64,000 nt of DNA from Callorhinchus milii. Taxonomy: Eukaryota. The stretch spans positions 97,838,001 to 97,902,000 of the forward strand of contig NW_024704742.1 of the NCBI RefSeq assembly GCF_018977255.1, in the 5' to 3' direction. Shown here piece after piece: positions 41,405-53,580 of the stretch. The first letter of the stretch is position 1, and every line of letters starts with the position of its first letter. Under the pieces are notes generated by a model. That model ran no database searches. It was not told where the DNA came from and saw nothing but the letters and a program-made list of their open reading frames with translations. Position numbers and translations under genes: made by a program.

Positions 41405-41600
41405 CAGAATCTTACGGCACAGAAGGAGGCCCATCGTGCCTGTGCCAGCTCTTTGAAAGAGCTACCAACTAGTCCCACGTCCCCGCTCCTACCCCATAGC
41501 CCTCCAAATTTTTCCTTTTTAAGTACCTATCCAATTCCCTTTTGAAAGCTACTATCGAATCTGCTTCCACCACCCTTTCAGGCAGTGCATTCCAGACCTC
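41405..41600 (-). mobile_element. CR1 LINE 3' end
   Basis: Similar to 39140-39345. Confidence 0.8.
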
Positions 41601-43479
41601 TGTCTTAATCTATGCAATTTCAAAAAGAATATTTCAATGATCTTCAGTGTGGAGAAGCAGACGGGACGTGCAGCACGTGGTGCTGATCCTGGCTGATTCA
41701 GAAGTTAAAATGATGGCGTGTTTTTATTTTTCTACATTAGGTTGCTTCTGAGTAAGTGGAGTTGGCGTCTGTTTCAACACCACAAATATCCATTTAACCT
41801 CAAGTATATATATGAGTTTCCTGAAGCCTCTCTGTTTGCGAGCACTCACACATATAGTAACACTTCTGTTTCTTGGTAAAATATGTATGAAGTTGTCCTG
41901 AATGTGATTCTTCTGGAGACAGCCAAAACAGGTTCAAAGTGTAAGCCTCCCATTTCTAATCATTAATGTAACCTTACCCTACAATCATAAAATTAAAATA
42001 CTGACTCTTGAACCTTAAAACTTTCCTGTCTACTATACTGCGATAAGTATGGGGATATCTGATGTAGTGTATATTCAGTCCCAGAGCAATATTATACTGT
42101 ATTCTGATAATATTAGATCGCTTCCAGCAATATTCATTTCAAGTCAATTTAAAGAATTCTGAATAAGTCAATTTTCCTGCCTCCTCATAAAGCAGAGAGA
42201 TAACAAATTGATTGACACAATTAAATCAGAGCAAAAGTAATCTTGATTAAGTATTAAAAGGAATTCAAACTGGGAGTTATTTCCTTGTGAAACTCAATGA
42301 AATAAAAGTCCATATTGCTTTAGTTTGAGTCATGTAATAGAGTAATGGGTGGTTGCCTTCAGGAAATTTACTGCTCACCTCTGCTGTCAATTCTTTGCAA
42401 TGGCAAGTGCTTCAGCTCTTTTAATATATATATGAGTCACTTGAAGACAGTCATATATTGATTTAGACATCATTGGAAGTCCTTTAATGTGTTGCTACCT
42501 TGTAACACTAGCAATATGTTATCCTATTTCAGTCAATAAATTCTCACTTGATTTCATCACATTCCTTGTGATGTGCATCGGCATTTCTGATGCAAGGACA
42601 GAGGGAGGTTTTCCGTGCACATATGGCACCCACCTTCAAACTGAACCCAACAAGACTAAAATCCACAAGTATCATCTTCTAATTGAACTCATAGATTGAA
42701 GAGAAAAGAAAAATAGAAATGGAATCTTATCCTACATATATAAAGTCATTAGCATAGAACCAAACGATTTACAGGACAGAAGAAGGCCATTCGGCCCATC
42801 TTGTCTAATCTGGATCTTTTAAAGAGCAATCAGTCCAATTTACCTGCATTTTTCCCCACATAATAGTGAATCCTGTGAAGAGCTTCAAGGTATTTTGATG
42901 TGATAAATGGTTGTAATAAACACAGGATTATTACTATTTTATTATATCTGCTCCTAGCCAAAGTTTATATGTTGAATATAAATCCAATTTACTATCTTTG
43001 GGACATTTCAGTGACTGATAAAAAGGAACAGAAACTATTGGAAATCCTGATAAGTCGTCTGACTCAGTCTATTGCCTGCCTCTAGCCATATTAATCAGTT
43101 TTCTGCTTGCCTTGTCACAATTTTTATTTCTGTTTATTTCTGTTACCAGAAAGACTCATTAATACTATAGTGACACATTATTACAGTGTGCAGCACATTT
43201 ACCTCCCAAGCCAGAATTGTTTTTAAAAGCAAGTCAAATACCTATAATGCTGCAGCACATGACTCTTCAGATCCAGTCTGATTGACGAGAGAAAAACACG
43301 CAAACTTTTTTAACTGATTTAAGAATTTTTTAATGAGGTGAAAGAAGTTGATGTAGAATATTACGATTTATCCTTAATTTATCCTCATAACAGCTTACAC
43401 TACTTTATTTACAATAGCCTGATACAATACACTGCTGCTGATGCACTATTCTGTTTACAACGTTACCATAATTACACTG

Positions 43480-43645
43480 GAGTTCCTACTTTCAGGTCCC
43501 TTCTGAAGACCTTTCTTTTCGACCGTGCCTTTGGTCACCTTCCGCCCCCTCCCCCTGGCTCGGCCCTGGGATTCGTTACTGTGAAGTGCTTTGAGACGCC
43601 GTCCAGCGTGGAGGGCGCTATATAAATTGTTGTTGTTGTTGTTGG
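43480..43645 (+). mobile_element. L2 LINE 3' end, second tail subfamily
   Basis: High similarity to the reverse complement of 3145-3305. Ends in (TTG)n. Confidence 0.85.
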
Positions 43646-44409
43646 AGTTCCATTGCCAATGGTAATACTGTGAGTTAAGTAAGAAGGGAAGCACCATTCC
43701 GAGAGGTGGTTTTCCCTTCTTCTCTGGAGGCAGGGTGGCCAGCAGCAACAAAATAAGGGATATGGAGACACCATGATTTTTTCTGTTTCCTGAGAGTGGA
43801 GGGAGTAGGAGAAAGAGCTGGGTATGACTAACTGAGTCAGGCTGATATCTTTGACCTTAAAATCCTTGTTCTAAACTTCAGATATGTACGTGCTCTTATC
43901 CCATTTGACCTTCATGATTTCCTGTGGTCCTCCTGTCCTGCCCACTCCCTCTGTTCTGCTAACTCAGGCCTGCTTCTTGTCCACTATCACTTCTGTCTCA
44001 CCATCGGAGGGCAAGTTTTAACCATTTTACTGTTGCTCTCTAAAACGCTTCCTAAGTCCCTCTCTGTTTTGAAAATCATCTATAAACCTATCTTTTAATT
44101 GTGTCTTCAGCCTCCTTCCTCCTGCTCACCACCTTTCTTGGACTCCCGCTTTGTCTCCATGAAACACTGAGATGTTTTCCTACATAAAAGGTATTATATA
44201 AGTGCAAATTGTCATTGTCGAGTGGACTTATTTCAGCTGCTTTGGCAGTATATCTGTTTATTTATTGTCAATCTACGCCATTGTTAAGCATTCTGAGATG
44301 CTAGCCCGTGTGAATACTATATAAATAAATTATTGTTGCTCAGAACTATAGAAATTTATGGCACCGAAGAAGGCCATTCAGCCGATCATATCTGTGCCAG
44401 CTCCCTCAA

Positions 44410-45084
44410 TAATAAATAATAATCCCTGCATTTGCTATAATGCCTTATCACATCGTCGAGACATCTCAAAGAGTGACTGTGGATTCTGTGGACGAAACCC
44501 GGCAGCCAACTATGTACAGCAGTGTCTCACAAACAGTCATGGATTGAGTGACCAAATTATTATTATCGTTTATTTTTGAAGGGATTATTATCCCCTGAAA
44601 AGCGATGCACCAATTGAGTAACAACTGGTTCCAACTTACTGCTAGGTAAACAGGGGTGTGTGGAGAAAGGAAACTTGCCTAAGGTTTCACCTTACCCTTA
44701 GCCCGTGGAGTCCTGTAGCTCAGTGGTTAGAGCACTCGCTTTGCAAGCGAGAGACCTCAGCTCAATTCCAGGCAGGGCGAAACCTTGGGCAAGTTTCCTT
44801 ACTCCACACGCCTAATAATAATCCCTCCAAAATCAAAAACAATAATAAATTGGTTATTTTCAATCTACGACTGTTTGTGGGACATTGCTGTGTGCAATTG
44901 ACTGCCGCGTTCGCCCACAAATATACAGTCAATTCACTTTACAGTGTGTTCTGTGAAGAGCTTTGGGACGTCCTCCCGACGTGAAAAATGCTATATCAAG
45001 CATTTATATATTATTACCCAAGAATCAAACCTGGGCCCTCTCGCTTGCGAAGCGAGTGCTCTAACCACTAAGGTACTGGACTCC
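44410..45084. mobile_element. Nested SINEs: short-form plus copy (44707-45013) inside a long-form minus copy
   Basis: The minus copy has its head at 45014-45084 and its body at 44410-44697. TTACCC is present on both sides of the insert. Confidence 0.85.
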
Positions 45085-45554
45085 AACATATTTTCAGTCT
45101 CATTTACCTGCTCTTTTCCCGTACCTCTACAGCCAACTTTTTAAAGGTATTTATGTAGTTCCCTATTGAAGGCCAATATGTGTTCTGCCTCAACCATTGC
45201 TCCCAGTTGGGCATTCCATATCCTAAAACTACTCGGTGAGAAAATGGTTTTCCTAACCTCCTTCGTTTATTATCATAATTTGATGCCCTCTAGTTGCTGA
45301 ATCACCGACCAGTGGAATTTCTCCCAATTGAGTTCCAGCCTTTAGTGAGGCCTTGCACCCTGANTTTTTTTGGAGGCTGAAGAATAATCAAATAATCATC
45401 CAGACTTATGGTTTCTGATCTTCTGCTCTGACTCCCCCTACCCCTTTCTGGAAAATCCCCATACATATGGGATTGCACATGGGTGTGGTGTTGAACTTGC
45501 TTGACTACAGTACCCTCTGTGGAGACATGCTTTGCTCAAGGCACCTCATCACAA

Positions 45555-45995
45555 TTCAACAACAGCAAGATTTCATTTATAGAGCGCCTTTCACGTCGGG
45601 AGGACGTCCCAAGGCGCTGGACAGTTGGGTCGGGACCCGAGCAGGGGGGAAATGGTCAGGGTGAGGGGAGGGAAGGGAGGGAGCGAGGAGGGGGTAGAGA
45701 GTCGAGAGGGGAGCTGAAGGCATGGTCGAAGAGAATGGTCTTGAGACCGGCCTTGAAGGAGGAAAGAAAGGAAGCAAGGCGAAGGCACTGGGGGATGGAG
45801 TTCCAGAGCCTAGGGGCTGAGAGGCTGAAGGCCCGGCCACCGATGGTAGGGCGGTTAGGGCGGGGGATGTGGAGCAGACTGGAGCCAGAGGAACGGAGGG
45901 TACGGGCAGGTACGTAGGGGGATAGTAGGTCGGAGAGGTAGGAGGGAGCAAGGTCGTGAATGGCCTTGTAAGTGAGGATGAGGATCTTGAATTCA
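45555..45995 (-). mobile_element. L2 LINE 3' fragment (young, CpG-retaining)
   Basis: Tail CTTGGGACGTCCTCCCGACGTGAAAGGCGCTCTATAAATG and the family body. Confidence 0.87.
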
Positions 45996-46489
45996 AGCTA
46001 CAGAGTGAAAACTATCTAACTTGGGATATTTCAGTTTCAAATATAATGCCTTTTCCAGATGGTTTGTTTATTTGTGAACATCAAATTCCACAGCTACGCA
46101 GTTTGTTTACCAGTTCCACTCGCTGACCTCAGCTCTTTGCGCCTGCTTCTCTGATTGGCAGGAAACTGGAAGATGAGTGAGAGGCGGCTTCTAATAAACA
46201 GACCATGGGATTTGTGGAGTATGCTCTTTGCCAGAACCGTTTACAAAGATGGGATAAAGACCGTGTTAGAAATGCACAAGTTCTTAAGTAAAAGCTTAGT
46301 TGATTCTTCATTTGCCATGTCTCCGAGAGTGTGAGTTGGCAATAAACAAGGCAAACAGGGTGGTGGACTCACCTTGCCAAAATCAGTTGAGTTTACAGTT
46401 ATATTTACATCCCAGGAAGCCAAACTGTTGATGTATAGTGTTCCGCATACATTTCTAGTTGCCGTGACACAAGAGGGTTACCCAGATCC

Positions 46490-46660
46490 TAGAGGCTATG
46501 AGAAAAGATTAGACAAGTTAGGACTCGTTGGCCTTGAAAATAGACATCTCAGAAGAGACCTTATAGAGATAGATGAGATACTAAAAGATATACAAAAAGT
46601 AAATCCTGAGCAATATGTTTGGATGCGCAAAGCAACAAGACCAGAGGTTCAGAGTGAAAG
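46490..46660 (+). mobile_element. CR1 ORF2 remnant
   Basis: YEKRLDKLGLVGLENRHLRRDLIEIDEILKDI matches the CR1 YEERL..LGL.SLE.RRLRGDLIE.YKI motif. Confidence 0.8.
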
Positions 46661-47599
46661 TTGTTTTCACAAAGTATTTCCTAAATGTAAAAAAGAATGA
46701 AAAAACAATCAGAAACGTTTGAAGTTGTAATATTTTGTTACCTAATATAGCAAGTTCCTTTGTCACTCTATTCAATTACATATATTGCTTATTTCCCTTG
46801 TTTTTCCTCCTGCATATGTATAGAGTAACATTTTCTGTAAAATGTATAGATCTCTGTAGATTTGAGTAGGTTTGTCAGATTTCTACCATTATGGTGACAG
46901 AAGAGCCAAACTACTCTGCCAATTGTATTTGACATGTTTGCTTCTTTGACATTGCTCTGTCAGTGTTCACCTAGGTGTTATGAGATTGCACTCTGGAATA
47001 ATTAATGTAGTCAAAAGAATATGTTAGGTTTTGCTCCAGCATGTTTTTAATAATAATATTCTTTACATTTGGCATAGCATCTTTCAAGTCAGGAAGACAT
47101 CTCAAAGCGCTTCACAGAATATACTGTAAAATTATGTGACTTTTGTGGGTGAACGCAGCAGCTAATTTGCACACAGCAGTGCTCCACAAACAGCCATGAA
47201 GTGAGTAACCAATTTTATTTCGGTGAACATTCACCAGGATACCATGAGAAATTCCCCTCTCTTTTCAAATATTGTCACAGGATCTTTAACATCAGCAACA
47301 ATGCAGCACATCCCCAGCACTGCATTGGAGTGGCAGCTTAGACTATATGAGGTCCAAGTGCTGACATGGGGCTTGAACCCACAATCTTCTGACTCAGAGG
47401 CAGGAGTGCTACCAATTGAGCCAGCCAGATATGGGGTGTTGACTAGCCAGCAATTGTTTTAATGATGTGATCCCTCCATCTACACACTCTGGTTCTCCCT
47501 CAATTTAAAAAAAAACACCATTCTTATTTCCTTTCTCTCTGCGATTCTCTCCTATTGATGATCAACCATCTTCTGGCTGGGTATTGTAATTTACCACTA

Positions 47600-47920
47600 A
47601 GTGGTTCAATATACTGCTTTCTGTGGTATGGTCATACAGACCAGGAAGCTCTCAGGTTCATTTCCTCAAAGTTAGCTGATGAGGCTTCAATAATTGGCCT
47701 CTATCCCTGGAGTAAGGAGTGTGGAATTAAGCCATGGTTCCTGCTTTTGATCACCGTCCAGTCACTCTTGCTGGGAAATATGTGTGTGTTGGAAGAGGAT
47801 GGGATTGGAATTGGCTATGATGTCTCTTCCCTCAGGAAGTAGAATTGCGAGCAGAGCAATCAGTGCCCATAGAACCATACAATAACTTCAGGAGAGGAGT
47901 GAAGAAAAGGGGAGAAAACT
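47600..47920 (+). mobile_element. Ancient AmnSINE2-like SINE. Further diverged copies at about 31440-31760, 56520-56740, 59380-59700, 61180-61310, 27120-27420 and 17990-18180
   Basis: Recurrent GTTAGCTGAT...AATTGGCCTC...CCCTGGG.TAAGGAGGG.AAAT.AGCC...GGTTCCTG.T..TGATC...CTGCTGG.AA...GCTGTGATG pattern. Family assignment from memory. Confidence 0.5.
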
Positions 47921-49129
47921 GGAACTTATCACCGCAGCAGAAGATCAAAACATTTTTGCTATGCAGTTGCCAATCTGGCTCTAATTGGCAACACAGTTAC
48001 CTCTGCATCAGAAAACTGAGTTCAAACCCTCACAGCTGACACTAATGAAGTGCTGGGGAAATGCTGCATTATTGAAAGTGCCATCCATCAGATGAGACAT
48101 TACACAGAGGTCCCATCTACCTGTTCAGTTGGACACAAAAGACCCCGTGACATAGTTTCAAAAGAGACGAGAGCTTCAACAATATAACCACCATATCAAA
48201 CACAAGTTTTATTTATCTTCTTTAGCACTGACTAAAGAGTGGCACAAGATTAACACAGCAGTGATACTGCCACTGGAGGCACTGATTTAGTAGTAAAGTA
48301 TCCTGAACAGCAATTCTCTTTGCGCAAAATTCACTGCCATGTTCGCCTTTAAATAAATAGCCACTTGACTTTACAGGGAAACCTCTGAAGCGCTTTGAGA
48401 TGTTTCGACATGATACGGTTCTATATCAAATGCAAGGATTACTATATTACATAGTTTTGTCAGCATGCCAATAGCAGCAATACTAGATCTTCACATGATG
48501 TAGAAGGGAATAGAAGTGACCTATTTCCATGCTGTACATTCTTTGTAGTTTCATGCTTTCAACAACAACAAAATTACATTTGTATAGTGTCTTTCAGGAG
48601 CATTACTTGGCATTGTCTTGTAACAAGTGGTGTGTAGGCTGAACAGTTTTAACATTGCTGGCCTGTGCAGATCTTTGCCAAACATGAGAGCAGGGGAGTG
48701 ATGATAGTATGAGCTTGTACATGCCCACTTGTCTGAGGCTGTGGTGAGATCTGGCCCACAGTGTAAACGGGCCAAATTCCAGAGTGGCAGCAGCCTCAGG
48801 GCATTACAGAACCACTTCTATTTGAAATGGCTCTGTAACATAAACAGATCATTGATGCCAGAAAGCTGTTTCACGTTGTCGGGAAGTTGCCACCAACAAA
48901 TTTCAAAGGTACTGAACCAATTTTGCTCTAAAAAGCTATCACATCAGCATATGAATAGCATTTTGACTTCCACTAATCTATGAAGTTTTAACGTTCACTA
49001 TTACAGAACTCTTCCAATGATTCAGTTAAGAAAGCCACTGGCTAACATTGCTGCTTCCAAGGTTGTCTTAAACCAGATTCCATGAGCCAGTGTACATGCT
49101 CAGCTCTCTTTTAAGCCTTCCATTTGATC

Positions 49130-49615
49130 CTTCACCAAATCCGCTTCCCTCCATCTCCACAACGTCATCTGCCTCGATCACCTCCTCATTCCCAACATAG
49201 CCAAATCCCTCATCAACATCTTTGTCACCTCTACCCATGATTTCTCCAATACCCTGTTTACCAACCTTCCTAGCTTGATCTTCCACAATCTCTAGATTAT
49301 TTGGAGCCCATATTCTTTCTTATACCAGACTCCATGAATTAATTAACACCTTTCTCAAGAGACCTGAATAGCTCCCTATTCCTCAGCAGATTGATTTTAC
49401 AACAACAACTTGCACCTATATAGCGCCTTCCATGCAGGGTAGCATCTCAGAGTGCTTAACAGTAGCGGAGCCTGACTCCAAGCCGGGGGGAGGGGGTAGT
49501 TGGCTGTAAGCACAGTCAAACAGGAAAGTTTTCAGGTGGAACTTGAAAGAGGGGAGAGTGGGGGCAAGGCACAGGGATTGGATTTGCTGAGTGAATGGAT
49601 TTGAACACAAGAGTG
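49130..49615. mobile_element. Two opposed L2 fragments (ORF2 remnant on plus 49130-49400, 3' end on minus 49400-49615)
   Basis: The plus part resembles the L2 ORF2 C-terminal region. The minus part resembles 50390-50720. Confidence 0.65.
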
Positions 49616-49714
49616 AGTGAAGTCGACGTTAAGATTCTCACTCCTCCATCAGATGTTTCATGCGCTGCAACAGCTGCTGGAAGGTGTCACCTGGATTCCG
49701 AGTTTATGAACACC

Positions 49715-49910
49715 CATCCAGTGCCTGGAGAGAGGCAAGCAGCTGCTGCTTAAGCTCTGCAACTCCAATTGGTGGAACCATCCTTCAATGGGAAGGGACA
49801 TGTGCCTGAGCTGTGGACAGGATGACGGTGGCAATGCTCTCATACATTTCATGCTGAGATGCATTGCCCATCGGGAAGCTTGCAGGGAGTTCCTTGTACC
49901 ACCTAGTGAG
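49715..49910 (+). mobile_element. Non-LTR retrotransposon ORF2 C-terminal CCHC zinc-knuckle remnant
   Basis: In-frame GKQLLLKLCNSNWWNHPSMGRDMCLSCGQDDGGNALIHFMLRCIAHREACREFL resembles the LL.KLR...C..C...HFLL.C..Y...R..F end of several LINE clades. Confidence 0.5.
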
Positions 49911-50389
49911 AGCTCAAACCAGCGCTTATTGGATGTCAACATTGATGGGCGAGTTTTCAGCCACTTTGTCCTGTTCTCTGGAATGCACTGCCTAACTCCT
50001 TCCACTTCGCTTTCAAAACCCTTCTAAAAAAAAACTACCTCTTTCATTATGTCTTTGACCACCTCCCTCCTCATTTGTTGTGACAGGTTAGAGTTAGCAG
50101 CACAATAGTTGTTGCTATTAGCATCCCATTCAGATAACAATTTGATAACAATAATTACTTGCATTTAGATCCCTTATGTAAAGGAATGCCTCAAAGTGAT
50201 CAACAATGGAAATGGTGAACACAGAACAAAGTGGTAGAAGAACTTAGGAGTGACCAAAAGCAAGGTCAAACATTGATCTTGATGGGGTTTTGACAACAGG
50301 TAGCAGGGAAATGATTTGGAAGAGAATTCCAAAGGACAGACCATGGTGGCTCAATACTTTGAATCATATGGGGAATGGAGGGAGTTAGG

Positions 50390-50720
50390 TACAACAACAA
50401 CAATAACTTGCACTTATATAGTGCCCTCCACCCAGCGTAGTGTCTCAAAGTGCTTAACAGTGGTGGAGCCTGACTCTGAGCCGGGGGAGGTGGCCATGAG
50501 CATAAGGAGGGAGGGGAGAGGGGGCAAGGTGGAGGGATTGAGGGAGAGTGTTCCAGAGTTTGGGGGCATAGTGGCTGAAAGTGCACCTCGGATGGTGGGG
50601 AGAGGGTGTGAGGGATGAGCAGGAGGCTGGTGCCAGTCAAGCGGAGGCGCCAGGTGGTGGATTGAGGAGTGAAGAGGTCAGAGAGGTAGGGAGGTGCCAG
50701 GGAGTGAATGGATTTGAACA
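50390..50720 (-). mobile_element. L2 LINE 3' fragment
   Basis: ORF track peptide MFKSIHSLAPPYLSDL is typical of the L2 ORF2 C-terminus. (TTG)n tail. Confidence 0.85.
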
Positions 50721-51457
50721 TCCATTCACTCCTTTATGCATTCCCTTACATAAAGGATCTAAATACAAGTAGTTATTGTTATCAAATTGTTATCTATTAG
50801 ATATTAGAATAGGGTGCTAATAGCAACAATTATTGGGCTGCTAACTCTAACCTGTCACAACAGTTGGGGATGGGAGGTGATCAAAGACACGATGAAAGGT
50901 AGCAATGAACTAGAGTCAAAGGAGTGGGAATTGTTAGCAGGATACAGCACTGGAAAGTAAAGGTGGAGTCAAAATCACTGCCAAAATACTAAGGGGTGAA
51001 AATTCCAATGTTTAATATTTTTAGTTAGTTGGGTTTCTAACACATAGAGAAACCCATTGCTGTGCTTCAGAGTATCCAAATCAGACTGAGAGTTCCACCT
51101 ATATATGCTACCTATACTTGGGAATTTTACTCTCTCTCTGGAAGTACACATCCTGCGTACCTAATTCAAGAAAGTATTAGATGCTGAGCCAAACTTTGAG
51201 GACCCCAGAGTGTGCATTGAGGTGCTACCGGAATTTAACCAACTAAAACCACCTGCGGTTGAGAGAACTAATTGGCAAGTTTCCCAGTGATTGTCCAGTT
51301 AGGACCACCCTACCTCTTAGGGCTTTGGCTTGTATGGTTAATAGGAGCTGAGTGAATTCCTGCTCCCAGTGACCAATCTGCCCCTCCAAGTCCTGTTGAT
51401 AGGCCAGGCTTCCAGGTCTGTTATCACCAACAACAACAAAAAAATTACACCTGTATA

Positions 51458-51692
51458 ACATAACATGTAGGAGCAGGAGTAGGCCATTTGGCCCTTCGAG
51501 CCTGCCCCGCCATTCAATCATGGCTGATCTTCTAATGTAACTCCAGCTAATAACCTAACTCGGCCTTATCCCCATATCCCTTAATCCCTTTTGCAATAAG
51601 AAATCTATCTATCTCAGTCTTGAATATGTTCAAGGTCTGAGCGTCAACAGCCCTTTGGGGTAGTGAGTTCCATACATTCACGACCCTTTGAG
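51458..51692 (-). mobile_element. CR1 LINE 3' end inserted into an L2 tail
   Basis: CR1-type 3'UTR (GAAGGGCCAAATGGCCTACTCCTGCTCCT), flanked by a TGTATA duplication. Confidence 0.8.
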
Positions 51693-53470
51693 TGTATAGC
51701 GCCCTTCAAGTTGGAAAGACCCTGAAGAGAAAGGTCTTTAGATGGGACTTGAAGGAGGCAAGAGAGGGGGTGAGGCAGAGGGATTGCGAGATAGAGTTCG
51801 AGATTATGGGGACAGAGATGCTGAATGCTCGACCTCCAATGGTGGGGCGGGAAGTGCGGGGACCTGAAGCAGGTTAGTCTCCACCGAGCGGAGAGAGTGG
51901 CAGGCTGATGTGGCCTGGGTATTGGAGTACTACAGACCAGCCTAGCTCAGAAATCACAGCACTGAAGCTGTTTCAGAAGGCTAATTCAATTCCAATACTC
52001 TGTTGCCAAGCACGTAACCTTGGAGCTAGTTCTGCTCCAAGGAGACATTACTTATTCCCCCCTCCCTCCAAGGATAGTCACAACATTTCATAACATATTT
52101 GGTGTGATAGCAAGTCCTCATGGCCTTTATCACATTTTCACTTTAATATTTTACAGTGATGCAACAGCTTCAGCCTTGGCAGCAGTTTTGTATTGAGGTA
52201 ACCTTATTGACTAACATGAAGAAAAGTTTCATCTTGTCATAAAATGGGACAGATGCTACAAACTGATGAGAATCTTACAAAACTCACATTTCTATTTCAG
52301 TGAAAGGGTCAGAGAATTAACCCGTACTCGTCAATTCCACAAGGAGCTATGCTTATAGGCTATTAACATTATGCTACATTTTGAAACCTAGTATCCCTTG
52401 GTCTTAAAGAATATTTGAGCAATCTCTATGATAAGATTTGGTAGAAACATTGTTCCAGAGTGAGTAATAGCAGTCCCATTGATGGAAGTTCATTCAATAG
52501 CAACACTGTAATATAAATTAGTAGTGTTGTAATAAATTTTAACTGAACACTGTCTGGCAAGCTTCCCGCTGTAACAGAAATGAGGCATTTTGTTACATCA
52601 TTTAAATCAGGTGGCAATGCAATAGAAATAACGTGGTGTTGAAATGAAGAGTTCTGTACTACAAACTAATTGGTGATGGAATAGAAATGAGTTGGTGCTG
52701 CAACAGAACTGAAGGTGGGCAGCAATGATTTTCCAATCTAAAATCAAACCTCCGCTTTAGAGAAAATTAGACACAGAGAGAGTGAGGACAGAGACAGTGT
52801 GATGTCTCTGCTGTGAGTTTTGATGGAGATCACAGGATAGGGTAAAGGGCAGCTGAGCTCACAGAACAATGATTAAACTTATTTTGTGCTAAAGACACAT
52901 CCTCACCCCATCCAGTTCCCAAACTGATTAAATAACGGTGCTGTAATAGAAATTAGGTGGTGTTTAATAGATGAGAAGGCGTTTTAATAGAATGGAGATT
53001 GTACATTTCGCCCTGTTGGGAATCAAATCTAGGTTTCTCGCTTGCATGGCGAGTGCTGTAACCACCGTGCCACAAGAAGTCATTCTAACTTCTTGTTTTA
53101 TATATTTATTTTCGGTGTTTCATTAGTCAGAGAGGACTGAAATCCCACCTTCTCCAGTCTAGGCCTTGGGTTCACTTGAAAGACATTTCTGAACCAGGGA
53201 AAGAGTATAAATGGAGACCCCTCATCAGCTGTTCTAATCTAGTAAACAAATACTGTACTAATCAAAATAAAATGAGTTAGAAGTCACCCATCAACTTCAA
53301 ATTATATTTTAAATATTTGTCAATTCAAATAAAAAAGTTGTCCAAGTCTCCAAGCCAGAGGAGCGGCCACATACCACTGGGGTGAAAGTTGTAACATTTT
53401 ACAATGCTGTAAATGATGTAAATGAAGTAATGTTGTAATAAACATGAGGCAGCACTGTCCTGTTTCTGTC

Positions 53471-53580
53471 TAGCTGTGTGCTGTGTGAGGGCTGTACTGT
53501 GTTTAGCTGTGTGCTGTGTGAGGGCTGTACTGTGTTTAGCTGTGTGCCTTGTGAGGGCTATACTGTGTCTAACTGTGTGC
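53471..53580. repeat. 33-bp tandem repeat, about 3.3 copies
   Basis: Unit TAGCTGTGTGCTGTGTGAGGGCTGTACTGTGTT. The first two copies are identical and the third is diverged. Confidence 0.9.
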
